From a virus (Duplodnaviria > Heunggongvirae > Uroviricota > Caudoviricetes): a stretch of 64,000 nucleotides of DNA. Positions 18,971-27,483 of this stretch are shown in pieces (within the stretch, counting starts at the first letter, position 1; each line of letters opens with the position of its first letter). Under the pieces are notes generated by a model, which saw only the letters and a program-made list of their open reading frames with translations, had not been told where the DNA came from and searched no databases. A program made the translations under genes and the position numbers. Location of the stretch: IMG/VR virus record IMGVR_UViG_3300025389_000018, one strand, 5' to 3'.

Positions 18971-19238
18971 GGCTGTCAGTCTGGTCATGCAAACACACAA
19001 GACATCCGATTAAACGACAGTAGCCGAAGTAATCGCGTGGTCTGCTATCAAAACTGCTATCAAACTATTTAATATCGCGTGATTCACGCGGAGATAGAAC
19101 AATAAATACAAGTGATAGAAACTTGTTGCGAGTGTAATCGCGTGATAATTCAACAACATTGTTGCGTGATAGGGGCACAGTTAAGTCAAAATCGCCTATG
19201 GAAGGGCCAGGTTTCAGGCATGGTTGAGGGTATTGGGG

Positions 19239-19799
19239 CTAGGCAGTAGCCGAAATAGCGGTTCCTTTAGCGAGATTGCACTTTGCATGGGCTATTTTGA
19301 CGTTTTCTAAGGTGTCATCTCCGCCTAGAGAGAGGGGAATGACATGTTCTACGTGTGGGTAGGTCTCCCAGCCTGGGTCCTTCATGTTGTGAGGGGCAGT
19401 TAAGTCAACAGGAGTGCCACAGAGGTAGCAATCGTAGCCATCACGGTCAAATATCTGTTGTCTGGTGTAGTAAGAGCGCTTATTGCCCCTATTTCTAGCG
19501 CGGTCTCGGTTATTTGGAGGGCGTTTATGTGGGTTTTTCTTGTAATACTCGCGCTCTGTAGCCTTGTACTTAGGGTCTTTATTCTTTTCTCGCATATACG
19601 CGGCAGCGATTGCTCGGCATGGGGCACATGCCACACCGTTATTTCTACGGCAACGGTCATAGTCGCCCCTTGAAACGCCATGTTGATTACGAAGAAGTTC
19701 TTTTTTCTCAGTATTGACCTTTTTCTTCATAGCCCGTATGAGACGACGCGTGAGAATGCCTCGTTCTATAGTCTCAACTCTTTGAGAAACCTCATCCAC
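19239..19799 (-). CDS. HNH endonuclease
   Basis: YPHVEHVIPLSLGGDDTLENVKIAHAKCN HNH core, with upstream Cys pairs. Confidence 0.75.
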   Translation of the reverse strand: MDEVSQRVETIERGILTRRLIRAMKKKVNTEKKELLRNQHGVSRGDYDRCRRNNGVACAPCRAIAAAYMREKNKDPKYKATEREYYKKNPHKRPPNNRDRARNRGNKRSYYTRQQIFDRDGYDCYLCGTPVDLTAPHNMKDPGWETYPHVEHVIPLSLGGDDTLENVKIAHAKCNLAKGTAISATA

Positions 19800-19914
19800 A
19801 GCAGAAGCATACCTCCCCTATCAAATAAGAGTTCAAACCTCAGAGATAAGGCAGTAGCCATAGAATCACCCTGACAGATTCGCTACCTGTTCAGCAAAGC
19901 CTCTCAGCAATGGG

Positions 19915-19930
19915 GGGCTTTGTGCTATCC
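19915..19930 (+). promoter_or_regulatory. Repeated element GGGCTTTGTGCTATCC, copy 1 (3' half of a hairpin with CAAAGCC at 19895-19901)
   Basis: Four copies lie within the ORF-free GC-richer region 19875-20990. Confidence 0.5.
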
Positions 19931-20405
19931 TTTAATAGCATGAAACTGCTCAATCCTCCGTACTGTCCAGAAATGCACTAGTACGGCAGCTTTAGGCCCC
20001 AAAAGAGTTTTAACCGTTTTCGCTGGACGTGTTGACTCCTTTGGGGCCTTCTGTTATTCTCTTACTATTGCCGTGACTAGCAATCGCTACCCTGAGCGTG
20101 ATAATGGGTGTAGGCATAGCTCCCGAATGAGTGCCTGTACTAAACCTTACAGATGTGTCCAGATAGAGGCACGTGGTTGCTCCTACTCGGAGGATTTAGG
20201 GTATAGAGTCGGTAAAGGGCGGACTAGTCATCCGCTGCTTTGCACCAACTGACTAGGCCGAACCTAGCAGTAGAACTTCATATGTTGCACTCTCAGGTTT
20301 GAGAATGCTGCATACGTCTTTCGAGTACAGGTCCCACTGCAAGAACCACACGTAGGCGCCGTATGGTGCACAGCGACGAAAGTTGCCAACAATACGTGCT
20401 TGAGT

Positions 20406-20422
20406 GGGACTTTGTGCTATCC
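20406..20422 (+). promoter_or_regulatory. Repeated element GGGACTTTGTGCTATCC(TGACAC), copy 2
   Basis: Same motif. The TGACAC extension is shared with copy 4. Confidence 0.5.
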
Positions 20423-20620
20423 TGACACCAAGGCCTGTTTTCTAGAGTGCGCGGGTCTTACCCATCCTATAAGGAGAAGAAAGAAATTTCTGAACCGTAT
20501 AGTGGTACCCTTGGGGTATCGTCTGAATGACAACGAATCTGACTGGCAAACGGTTAAGGTCGCTCCTGAGACACCAGTTAGCTGCCAAAGCCCTCGTAGG
20601 TACACTTGACCAATCTACGG

Positions 20621-20637
20621 GGGCTTTGTGCTAATAT
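20621..20637 (+). promoter_or_regulatory. Repeated element GGGCTTTGTGCTAATAT, copy 3 (hairpin partner CCAAAGCCC at 20586-20594)
   Basis: Variant tail. Confidence 0.45.
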
Positions 20638-20819
20638 AGAGCGATTCGGCACCGTATCGTAGATTGCATGGAAACATGCAGGTACTAACGCGGTATGCAG
20701 CATAGTCGACAATGACTGCACGGTTCCCAGAGAAATCAGGTCATAAATCTCTGAGCTACATTGCCCTCAATGTCTGCGTATGGAAACTTACGCACCCGCT
20801 CCGCGGCTTAAGCCATTGA

Positions 20820-20836
20820 GGGCTTTGTGCTATCCT
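20820..20836 (+). promoter_or_regulatory. Repeated element GGGCTTTGTGCTATCC(TGACAC), copy 4 (hairpin partner AAGCC at 20810-20814)
   Basis: Same motif. Confidence 0.5.
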
Positions 20837-20992
20837 GACACTGGTGGCAACAGGTACTACCTGGGCTCTCTCCGCAAGGACACGCCCTCACCCCACCGTT
20901 GGAGAGCGATTCTAGTTGCCAGATGCAAATAAGGCCTCCCGTCCTGGGCTCGACGTTAAAGGCGCCCATAACTTTTGTGATAACGTCTTCCT

Positions 20993-21298
20993 ATGAGCTT
21001 ACTTCCACCTGTAGTGGCTGTACTAGATGAGAAATTTAATCTTGGAATACCTGGCTCTTATGACGAGTGGTACAAGATAACTACGGATGTACTTAATGAG
21101 CCAAACGGGTACGTAGTGTGGCACTACCCGCCAGAAGATAAAGGCATGGGGAAGCCGTACAACACCTTCACTCTCTTACCAGGAATGGTAATGAGACTTG
21201 GAATGGGGACACTCCATCGGGAGGTAGTCTTCCGCCGTGGGTTTCCACTGGGGAAAGTGGTAACTTTAGAAGAAGAAGAAACTCTTTGGAACTCATAG
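20993..21298 (+). CDS. Small hypothetical protein ending ...EEEETLWNS (LW-tail family)
   Basis: First gene of the rightward early array. Confidence 0.5.
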   Translation: MSLLPPVVAVLDEKFNLGIPGSYDEWYKITTDVLNEPNGYVVWHYPPEDKGMGKPYNTFTLLPGMVMRLGMGTLHREVVFRRGFPLGKVVTLEEEETLWNS

Positions 21299-21310
21299 AA
21301 GGGGGAATAT

Positions 21311-21697
21311 ATGAACTCAAATTACAACGCACTACAGGGGTATAACGTAGTCACCTCTAATTCTTACATTAACTCTCCGCGCACTAGAAGAGTTATAGAA
21401 GTTACGTTAGATGAAGAGTTTGAAATACCGCAATACGGATTCTTTGTCCTTCAACTTTTGGTGGAGGAAGATGCGCACTACACACTCTCGCTTGTACAAC
21501 TCGCCGTCAATGTGCCTGCAGCAACACAAAAAGGCTCTTTTAATCTTGGTGTGTTTCCTGATGCCAAAGTTCTCTCTTGCTCAAGAATTCCAAAAGGGGT
21601 AGATAAGTACACCTTTTACATATGGGAGAACGCGATTGTATGTGACGTAAGTAGGTCGTCCTATGACACCTACGAAGGGATGTTGTGGCAGCAATGA
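21311..21697 (+). CDS. Small hypothetical protein ending CDVSRSSYDTYEGMLWQQ (LW-tail family, CD[LV][TS]xS subfamily)
   Basis: RBS GAAGGGGG. Confidence 0.5.
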   Translation: MNSNYNALQGYNVVTSNSYINSPRTRRVIEVTLDEEFEIPQYGFFVLQLLVEEDAHYTLSLVQLAVNVPAATQKGSFNLGVFPDAKVLSCSRIPKGVDKYTFYIWENAIVCDVSRSSYDTYEGMLWQQ

Positions 21698-21957
21698 GCC
21701 AATATAACCAAATGACAGTAAAGCTAGACGAGCCTTTTATTGTAGGTGTCTATACATGCACATTCAAGCTTCGTTACAAGCCAGATAATAAGAAAGCTCT
21801 CATATTAACAGTTATGCCAGATAAGCGGACTAGGTTCTGCTCACCAAAAAAAGATGCCACAACATACACAGTTGAAGTTAATGGGCAGCTTGTCACATGT
21901 GATTTAACCCAATCTGCAAATGATGACATAGATGCTCCATTATGGGATGTGATGTAA
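21694..21957 (+). CDS. Small hypothetical protein ending TCDLTQSANDDIDAPLWDVM (paralog of neighbours)
   Basis: ATGA overlap with the upstream stop. The ORF-track start at 21685 is GTG. Confidence 0.5.
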   Translation: MSQYNQMTVKLDEPFIVGVYTCTFKLRYKPDNKKALILTVMPDKRTRFCSPKKDATTYTVEVNGQLVTCDLTQSANDDIDAPLWDVM

Positions 21958-22256
21958 TGGCTATCTCAACCTACCAATACTCTTCTAGCTCTAGCTATTG
22001 GATAGAAAAAGATGTTCTTTTAGACCAGGGGTTTGATTTTGCTGGAGATAATGGACTCTATGTTTTCTCCAAAACAGTCTCTAATGACGGCACCACTGGT
22101 TTGAGGCTAGAAAACCTTCGTACCAAAAAAGTGGAGCTATATTCCATAACTAGAGACTCGGAGTTCTATGTGCTCCGTATAGGGTCTCATGCAGTTAGAT
22201 GCGACCTTACAAAGTCCACCTATGACAAATCAGAGAAAATTTTGTGGGAGTCATAA
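21957..22256 (+). CDS. Small hypothetical protein ending RCDLTKSTYDKSEKILWES (paralog)
   Basis: TAATG overlap. The ORF-track start is 21942. Confidence 0.5.
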   Translation: MAISTYQYSSSSSYWIEKDVLLDQGFDFAGDNGLYVFSKTVSNDGTTGLRLENLRTKKVELYSITRDSEFYVLRIGSHAVRCDLTKSTYDKSEKILWES

Positions 22257-22258
22257 AG

Positions 22259-22432
22259 ATGTGCTATGGTATATATACAAAGGCGGGAAGCTTCGAAAAC
22301 GGAAAACCTTTGTCGTCCTTGGGCCACGACGTAAAACTTGCTGACAGAGAAGTCTCCATGGGGTTCACTAAGTTGAAGCGAAATGGGGACTTCTCTTCTC
22401 ATTACCGAGAAAAAGGAATAGGTAATGATTGA
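22259..22432 (+). CDS. Small hypothetical protein (57 aa)
   Basis: GGGAG RBS 8 nt upstream of the ATG. Confidence 0.35.
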   Translation: MCYGIYTKAGSFENGKPLSSLGHDVKLADREVSMGFTKLKRNGDFSSHYREKGIGND

Positions 22433-22688
22433 CAATCCCGCGTTAGAACGACCCAATGTAAGTCTAAACGTATTGGAGTCTGGTCAGGTAGGACCGTTGT
22501 TCCACCATGTTTTTGCCTCTACTGGAACTATTCTCACTGCCTATAGTGCAGCAGAGTTCAGAGAACAACTCATGTACGAAGGACGGAAGTTAGCAGAAGC
22601 ATTTCAGGAGTGCTCAAGGCTACTGCTTGACCTGGAGTTAGAGAGGTCAGAAGAAGACCGGTTAGATGAAAAGTTATGGGAATCATGA
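22425..22688 (+). CDS. Small hypothetical protein ending ...RLDEKLWES (LW-tail family)
   Basis: RBS AGGAATAGG. Confidence 0.5.
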   Translation: MIDNPALERPNVSLNVLESGQVGPLFHHVFASTGTILTAYSAAEFREQLMYEGRKLAEAFQECSRLLLDLELERSEEDRLDEKLWES

Positions 22689-22704
22689 ATAACGGGAGGA
22701 AATC

Positions 22705-23046
22705 ATGAGGTTATTTGATGTACTAGACATTGTCAGCGCTATCGTGAGTTACATAGGTGTTGGAGCTATAGTCTTTAAGGAAACATTCCCAAAACGAGTG
22801 GCTTACCACAAGAGTAAGTTTAGATATCTAAAATGTGAAGATTACACAGCTGAATTCATCATTGAGTCAACAGTAGTTGCAGCATTCTGGCCTTTGGTTC
22901 TACCTGCAATTGGTGTTAAAAAAGCCTGGAAGTATCTAGGAAAAGTCCCAACAAAAAAGTTTAATCAATGGGCAGATAGTATCTACAACCCAGAATCCTC
23001 ATTAACCCAAGACGAGATGAACGAAAGGCTCCTCTGGTCAAGCTAG
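22705..23046 (+). CDS. Small membrane-associated hypothetical protein ending ...NERLLWSS (LW-tail family)
   Basis: RBS GGGAGGAAA, with hydrophobic segments. Confidence 0.5.
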   Translation: MRLFDVLDIVSAIVSYIGVGAIVFKETFPKRVAYHKSKFRYLKCEDYTAEFIIESTVVAAFWPLVLPAIGVKKAWKYLGKVPTKKFNQWADSIYNPESSLTQDEMNERLLWSS

Positions 23047-23125
23047 GCGTGTCGAGTTGTTATCAGATAGCAGGTGTAGTACGTTAAGGGGGTAGTTCGG
23101 AGAGTCTGAACTACAGGAGGGAAAA

Positions 23126-24034
23126 ATGATAGCTTGTATTTTTATCGTAGTGTTCGCACTACTTGGAATAACAGCATTTATCTTTGGCATTAAAGAGCCA
23201 TCTGACTCTGATGCAAAGAAGTTTTTACTTATCAGTGGAGCTGTAGTCTTTGTGCTTTCTTTGCTCGGACTATTTGGGATGACATTCACTGTAGTTCAAG
23301 CCACTGAGGTTGGAGTACCAGTCTCATTCGGTCACGTTGGCGCTCCACTCGACCCAGGTATTCACTTTGTAGCTCCTTGGACTAGTGTGGATTCATACCC
23401 AACTCGCCCTATAACTGTTCAGTTGGCAGGTGCGGATAAGGTAATCGCTCGAACCGCAGATGCTGGTCAAATGTCTGTAGAAATCGCGGCGCGGTGGCAC
23501 GTAGAGAAGCAAGATGCTTCAAAGCTTTACTATCAGTCGCGCACAGGTGACCTGAACTCTATTAGTGACAACATCGTACTTCCTAACTTGCGCCAAGCAG
23601 TTGGTCAGATTTACTCCGTAACAGGAAACCTAGATGCCATCTCTAACCGCGATAAAGTTGCCGAAGACATCCGTATCCAACTTAATAAGCAGTTGGTGCC
23701 TTATGGAATTGCAATTGATACGGTAAGTATGCGCTCAGTAGAGCCAGACGCCACAACAGCTGCCACCATCTCTCAGTACGCTAGCCAACAACAGGCTACC
23801 CGTATTGCTCAGGAGGCTACAAAGACCGCTACATATGAAGCACAGCGCCGCTTGATTGAAGCCAAAGGTCTTGAGGCTGCTGGTAAGGCTGCTGCTAATC
23901 TGACACCGTCACAGCTGGAGTCTGTATGTATCCAGGTTTGGCAACAGACAATCACTGCTGGAATCAAGGTTGGAGTACCTGTTTACACCAATCCTTGCGC
24001 TACAACCGCTCAAGTGATTGTAAACAGTAAGTGA
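23126..24034 (+). CDS. SPFH/band-7 (stomatin/HflK-C-like) membrane protein
   Basis: Two N-terminal TM helices followed by an SPFH-like core (EVGVPVSFGHVGAPLDPGIHFVAPW...). Confidence 0.65.
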   Translation: MIACIFIVVFALLGITAFIFGIKEPSDSDAKKFLLISGAVVFVLSLLGLFGMTFTVVQATEVGVPVSFGHVGAPLDPGIHFVAPWTSVDSYPTRPITVQLAGADKVIARTADAGQMSVEIAARWHVEKQDASKLYYQSRTGDLNSISDNIVLPNLRQAVGQIYSVTGNLDAISNRDKVAEDIRIQLNKQLVPYGIAIDTVSMRSVEPDATTAATISQYASQQQATRIAQEATKTATYEAQRRLIEAKGLEAAGKAAANLTPSQLESVCIQVWQQTITAGIKVGVPVYTNPCATTAQVIVNSK

Positions 24035-24300
24035 AAACCAGAATAAAGGTTCTAATCGCTGGGGCTGCTATTACGGCAGCCCTAGTATTAGGCTTTCTAG
24101 TTGTAAAGGGCGTAGAGGCTATATCTCATTGGATGAGCTATGAGAGCCCAACAATATGCGTGAAGTCTCACGACGTCGATAATTCTCATTGGGGCTATGG
24201 CTTAAAGATGGATGGCAAGTTTGGATTTGGTTGGATAATTGACATTCAAAATGTCTGCGACAAGACTGCACCTAATCCAAAATACAAAGGTAATCAATAA
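24031..24300 (+). CDS. Small single-pass membrane protein, 2 Cys, ends ...KGNQ
   Basis: GTGA overlap with the SPFH gene. It is a paralog-like match to 24750-25025. Confidence 0.45.
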   Translation: MKTRIKVLIAGAAITAALVLGFLVVKGVEAISHWMSYESPTICVKSHDVDNSHWGYGLKMDGKFGFGWIIDIQNVCDKTAPNPKYKGNQ

Positions 24301-24311
24301 AAGGGGGATAG

Positions 24312-24656
24312 ATGAACACAGGTTATATTGTTCTTATTGCATACATTATTGGCGCTCTACTTAGTTTTCCTAAGTTTTTCTACGTTTGGTTAGAAAACTT
24401 CTCTCTAGGTCAACCTGAGGCTGGGGACATCGTACTCTCCTTTTTATTTACGCTTCCTGTTGTCCTTTTCTACCCAATTATTTGGGTTAGTCTCCTTATC
24501 CACAAATTTGTTTTTCCCCCACTAGTCAGCCATGTAACTGACCGTTTAAATAAACGATATGAGCGCATCGCTAATGGTAGTGCGTACAACAAACCACTAA
24601 GCTATTTGAATAGAGTGTTTAAGGCAAAATCGGGAGGACTCAAAAATGAAATGTAG
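24312..24656 (+). CDS. Small polytopic membrane protein
   Basis: RBS AAAGGGGGA with two hydrophobic helices. Confidence 0.5.
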   Translation: MNTGYIVLIAYIIGALLSFPKFFYVWLENFSLGQPEAGDIVLSFLFTLPVVLFYPIIWVSLLIHKFVFPPLVSHVTDRLNKRYERIANGSAYNKPLSYLNRVFKAKSGGLKNEM

Positions 24657-24753
24657 ATGGTGTGGATGGGTGTCTACTTACGAGGCACTAGAGGAAAATG
24701 GTGGGGTACCTTATTGCTGCCGAGACGCAGAAGCAGCAGGGAGATTACGGTGA
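24646..24753 (+). CDS. Possible tiny zinc-ribbon ORF MKCRWCGW...YCCRD (35 aa, alternative frame)
   Basis: GGGAGGA RBS 7 nt upstream. It overlaps the annotated N-terminus of the next ORF. Confidence 0.3.
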   Translation: MKCRWCGWVSTYEALEENGGVPYCCRDAEAAGRLR

Positions 24754-25025
24754 TTAAAGACTATTTGGTGGAGGAAGAAAGTCGCAAGGAGACTATCCTA
24801 AAAAAGAGGTTCATCCGTGTCGGAATTTGGCTGATGGTTCTTGCAGTTATCGGGGCTTCGTTTTACGTTATCTGTACTACGAATCCTAAATTCCCTACCA
24901 ACCCGAAAGAGGGATGGGTACAGGTCTCTAACACCTCTGTTAGCAAGGCTTGTGACGGTACCACACTCCTTTACTCCAACGGCGGGGTAGTTGTAAATAG
25001 CCCAGAATGTCAGGGCAATCAATGA
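24750..25025 (+). CDS. Small single-pass membrane protein, 2 Cys, ends ...CQGNQ (start ambiguous: 24657 ATG or 24750 GTG)
   Basis: A TM helix (GIWLMVLAVIGASFYVI) and a C-terminal GNQ like 24031-24300. Confidence 0.4.
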   Translation: MIKDYLVEEESRKETILKKRFIRVGIWLMVLAVIGASFYVICTTNPKFPTNPKEGWVQVSNTSVSKACDGTTLLYSNGGVVVNSPECQGNQ

Positions 25026-25219
25026 GCCCCGACGAGGAGTTAGTGCTCGCTATTCGAACAGAGCTCCTTCGTGTGATAAGTCCTGAGAAACTTGAAAAGT
25101 GGTGGCACACGCCTCTTCCACATTTTGACAACTTAACTGGAGAAGAGCTCATCAATTACGATGAAGGGGAAGAGTTGTTAATGTACGTAAAGACCTACAC
25201 AGAATCGGACTTCTCATGA
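25022..25219 (+). CDS. Small acidic hypothetical protein
   Basis: ATGA overlap. Confidence 0.4.
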   Translation: MSPDEELVLAIRTELLRVISPEKLEKWWHTPLPHFDNLTGEELINYDEGEELLMYVKTYTESDFS

Positions 25220-25545
25220 CCAATATCTCAACTCTAACTCCAGAAGAAATAGTAGAAAAAGCTATAGCCATTATCGAGTATGAGCTCAAACAATGTGAGT
25301 CCATGTTAGCTACCTTAAAGGTATTTCATGAATTAGGCACTCTTAAGGGCGATACAAACCAAACTCAGAGATTCCTAAACTCATGGCGTGCACACAAAGA
25401 CTTTTTTGATAGGCATACAGGAAAGAGATATGATGGATTACTTCGTTGTTGGACTTGTTGGGCGGAAGGGGAGGGTGAGTTCACCAAGTACCCCTGCCCC
25501 GAACTACTTACCCAAGCCACAATTATCTTAGGAGGAGAAGAATAA
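25216..25545 (+). CDS. Small protein with C-terminal CWTCx9YPCPE zinc knuckle (CxxC-YPCP family)
   Basis: ATGA overlap. Confidence 0.45.
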   Translation: MTNISTLTPEEIVEKAIAIIEYELKQCESMLATLKVFHELGTLKGDTNQTQRFLNSWRAHKDFFDRHTGKRYDGLLRCWTCWAEGEGEFTKYPCPELLTQATIILGGEE

Positions 25546-25657
25546 TGGAAAGATTTCACCGAGGAATTGTTAAACTTTTCGGCATATCGCCAAAGCGTTT
25601 TTATATTCAAACTCTAGTTGGAGCCATTATCGGAATTATTTTAGGGCGTTTAGTCCC

Positions 25658-25942
25658 ATGACCGCACTCAACTACACCCATGAACAACGTATATCGCAAA
25701 TAAACAAATGGATTAAAGAGTGGCGCAAAGCAAGAAAATCTGCCGCAAAAATAAATAATGATGGCGACCAAATTGTTGATATGGACATCGTTATTGCCTC
25801 TCTCATAGCCAACCGTAATACGTTGGAGAAGCATAAAGTCGGAATAAACGAAGCCGAAAACCATTGTCGCGCTTGCCTAGATGAATTCCCATGCCCTACT
25901 TACCTATCCGTAGCCATACCTTTAGAGGAAGTGATGGAGTGA
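25658..25942 (+). CDS. Small protein with CRACx4FPCPT (CxxC-YPCP family)
   Basis: Preceded by a possible 38-aa membrane ORF at 25546-25662. Confidence 0.45.
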   Translation: MTALNYTHEQRISQINKWIKEWRKARKSAAKINNDGDQIVDMDIVIASLIANRNTLEKHKVGINEAENHCRACLDEFPCPTYLSVAIPLEEVME

Positions 25943-26089
25943 GTAACGATACCCTTACATTGCGCAATGTCACGGCTCCCTTACTTTGCGAGGTGATGAG
26001 GTGAGCCGTCGCTATAAATGGCTTATCAAGGGAAAGTTTGTAAGCCGCCACAGGTATTACTTTTACAGATTATTTCATTGGAGGACTAA

Positions 26090-26320
26090 ATGAACGAGGA
26101 CAATAACATGAGCGAAACCTCATTTGAAGAGCAAACAAAACAACGAGGAAAGTGGCAATGTGAAGGCTGCGACGCCACCTTTGAGGGTACCGCAGAAGAA
26201 GCCTTTAATAAGGGATGGGATATTCCCCCATACTTTAGCGTTCACATAATCTGTGAAAATTGTCCGATTACTTCCACTAACTGGTGGAGATTACTGCAAG
26301 CTCAGAAAGAGGCCCAATAA
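26090..26320 (+). CDS. Small zinc-ribbon protein (CEGCD...CENCP)
   Basis: Two Cys pairs. Confidence 0.45.
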   Translation: MNEDNNMSETSFEEQTKQRGKWQCEGCDATFEGTAEEAFNKGWDIPPYFSVHIICENCPITSTNWWRLLQAQKEAQ

Positions 26321-26596
26321 GTGGAAAAACATTACCTAGAGAATACCGATATAACTCTTGGTACTCACGACACGGATGATTGCTGGGGTGAGTTCTGCAC
26401 TATCCATAAACGCAGTGACCACCACATGCGCAGTTTTCCTCAGCACTTTAACTTCGACAGGTTTATCATGGAGCGAATATGCTCTCACGATATAGGGCAT
26501 CCCGACCCAGATGAAGTTCTTTTGCAGATTGGTCAGGACGACGGCGTCCATGGATGTGATGGGTGCTGTCTAGCCCCAGATGAGAGCTCCCTATGA
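26321..26596 (+). CDS. Small His/Cys-rich hypothetical protein
   Basis: GTG/ATG start adjacent to the upstream stop. Confidence 0.4.
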   Translation: MEKHYLENTDITLGTHDTDDCWGEFCTIHKRSDHHMRSFPQHFNFDRFIMERICSHDIGHPDPDEVLLQIGQDDGVHGCDGCCLAPDESSL

Positions 26597-26775
26597 AGTA
26601 CTACCTTTGGAGATTTAAGTGCCTATTAACCGACCATCTATGGGAAGAAAAGCCAGTCACACACTTGTTCTTGGCGTTACTGGGGCAGTGGCACCCTGAT
26701 GCTAAACTAGGGGATAGTTACCTTCTCTGTAAGAGATGCTACAAGATGAAGCTACAGAAAAGGAAAACCACATGA
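26593..26775 (+). CDS. Small Cys-containing hypothetical protein
   Basis: ATGA overlaps at both ends. Confidence 0.3.
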   Translation: MKYYLWRFKCLLTDHLWEEKPVTHLFLALLGQWHPDAKLGDSYLLCKRCYKMKLQKRKTT

Positions 26776-27104
26776 TTAGATACATCCCAACTCATTCTCT
26801 CCAAGAATACTTAGACTTCATTGACAGAGAAGTCGCCAGAGATGACAAGTTCTCTGTTGAAATGGGATTTCCTGACTTCATTACAGGGAACATTAAAAGA
26901 GCCGCGTTACTCTCTCTTAAAGAACTCTTGGAGCTTCATGCAGGGATGCCTGAGCCAAAGTACTACTCGCCAGGGTCTGTGTGCGTGGAATGCAATATGG
27001 TGCTTGTGATTAAAAAGGATGAAAGATTTATGGAGCCCATCCAATTTCCATGTGACACTTTTGTGGCTATAGCGAAAAGCTTAGATAGTGTCTATTATGG
27101 CTGA
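26772..27104 (+). CDS. Hypothetical protein (start refined to RBS-preceded ATG)
   Basis: AAAGGAAAA RBS. The ORF-track start is 26736. Confidence 0.45.
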   Translation: MIRYIPTHSLQEYLDFIDREVARDDKFSVEMGFPDFITGNIKRAALLSLKELLELHAGMPEPKYYSPGSVCVECNMVLVIKKDERFMEPIQFPCDTFVAIAKSLDSVYYG

Positions 27105-27138
27105 CCAATCCCGCTCACAACTAAGGAGAAAAGCAATT

Positions 27139-27483
27139 ATGAATGGTGAATCTTTGTCTGAAGAAAAATTAACCGAAATAGCTAACCAAGCTCCTTACTC
27201 AGAGCCTGTACGAGTGGAGGACATAGTTAAGGATAATGTCGAACACATTCAAGAATTGATTGCTATAGCAAAAGCCTTCCCTAATCATGAAGGTGAAGTT
27301 CTAGAGTTAGATGACAAGTTGAAACCTTGGCTAGCTCTTGAAGGCATTTTGTCGATAGAAAGATGGAATGAAGACCGAGTCTCTTTAGAAGACTGCTACA
27401 TAGCTGAGGGCGTTAATACTGCATTAGAAATGATACGTAGAGAATTAGCTTATATGTGGGGAATTGAGGAGCCCTCAAAATGA
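27139..27483 (+). CDS. Hypothetical acidic protein (start refined; AAGGAG RBS)
   Basis: ORF-track start is 27088. Confidence 0.45.
   Translation: MNGESLSEEKLTEIANQAPYSEPVRVEDIVKDNVEHIQELIAIAKAFPNHEGEVLELDDKLKPWLALEGILSIERWNEDRVSLEDCYIAEGVNTALEMIRRELAYMWGIEEPSK

Noticed and set aside
20400-20609. ORFs 20400-20609 (+) and 20417-20605 (-) inside the GC-richer non-coding region.
   Set aside because: There is no RBS, they overlap each other on opposite strands, their composition is atypical, and the region is better explained by repeated RNA-like elements.
19875-20990. tRNA genes or tmRNA in the non-coding regions.
   Set aside because: No cloverleaf-compatible GTTCRANYC T-arm with matching acceptor stem was found by eye in 18100-19238, 19875-20990 or 7835-8040. 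A tRNAscan run would be decisive.
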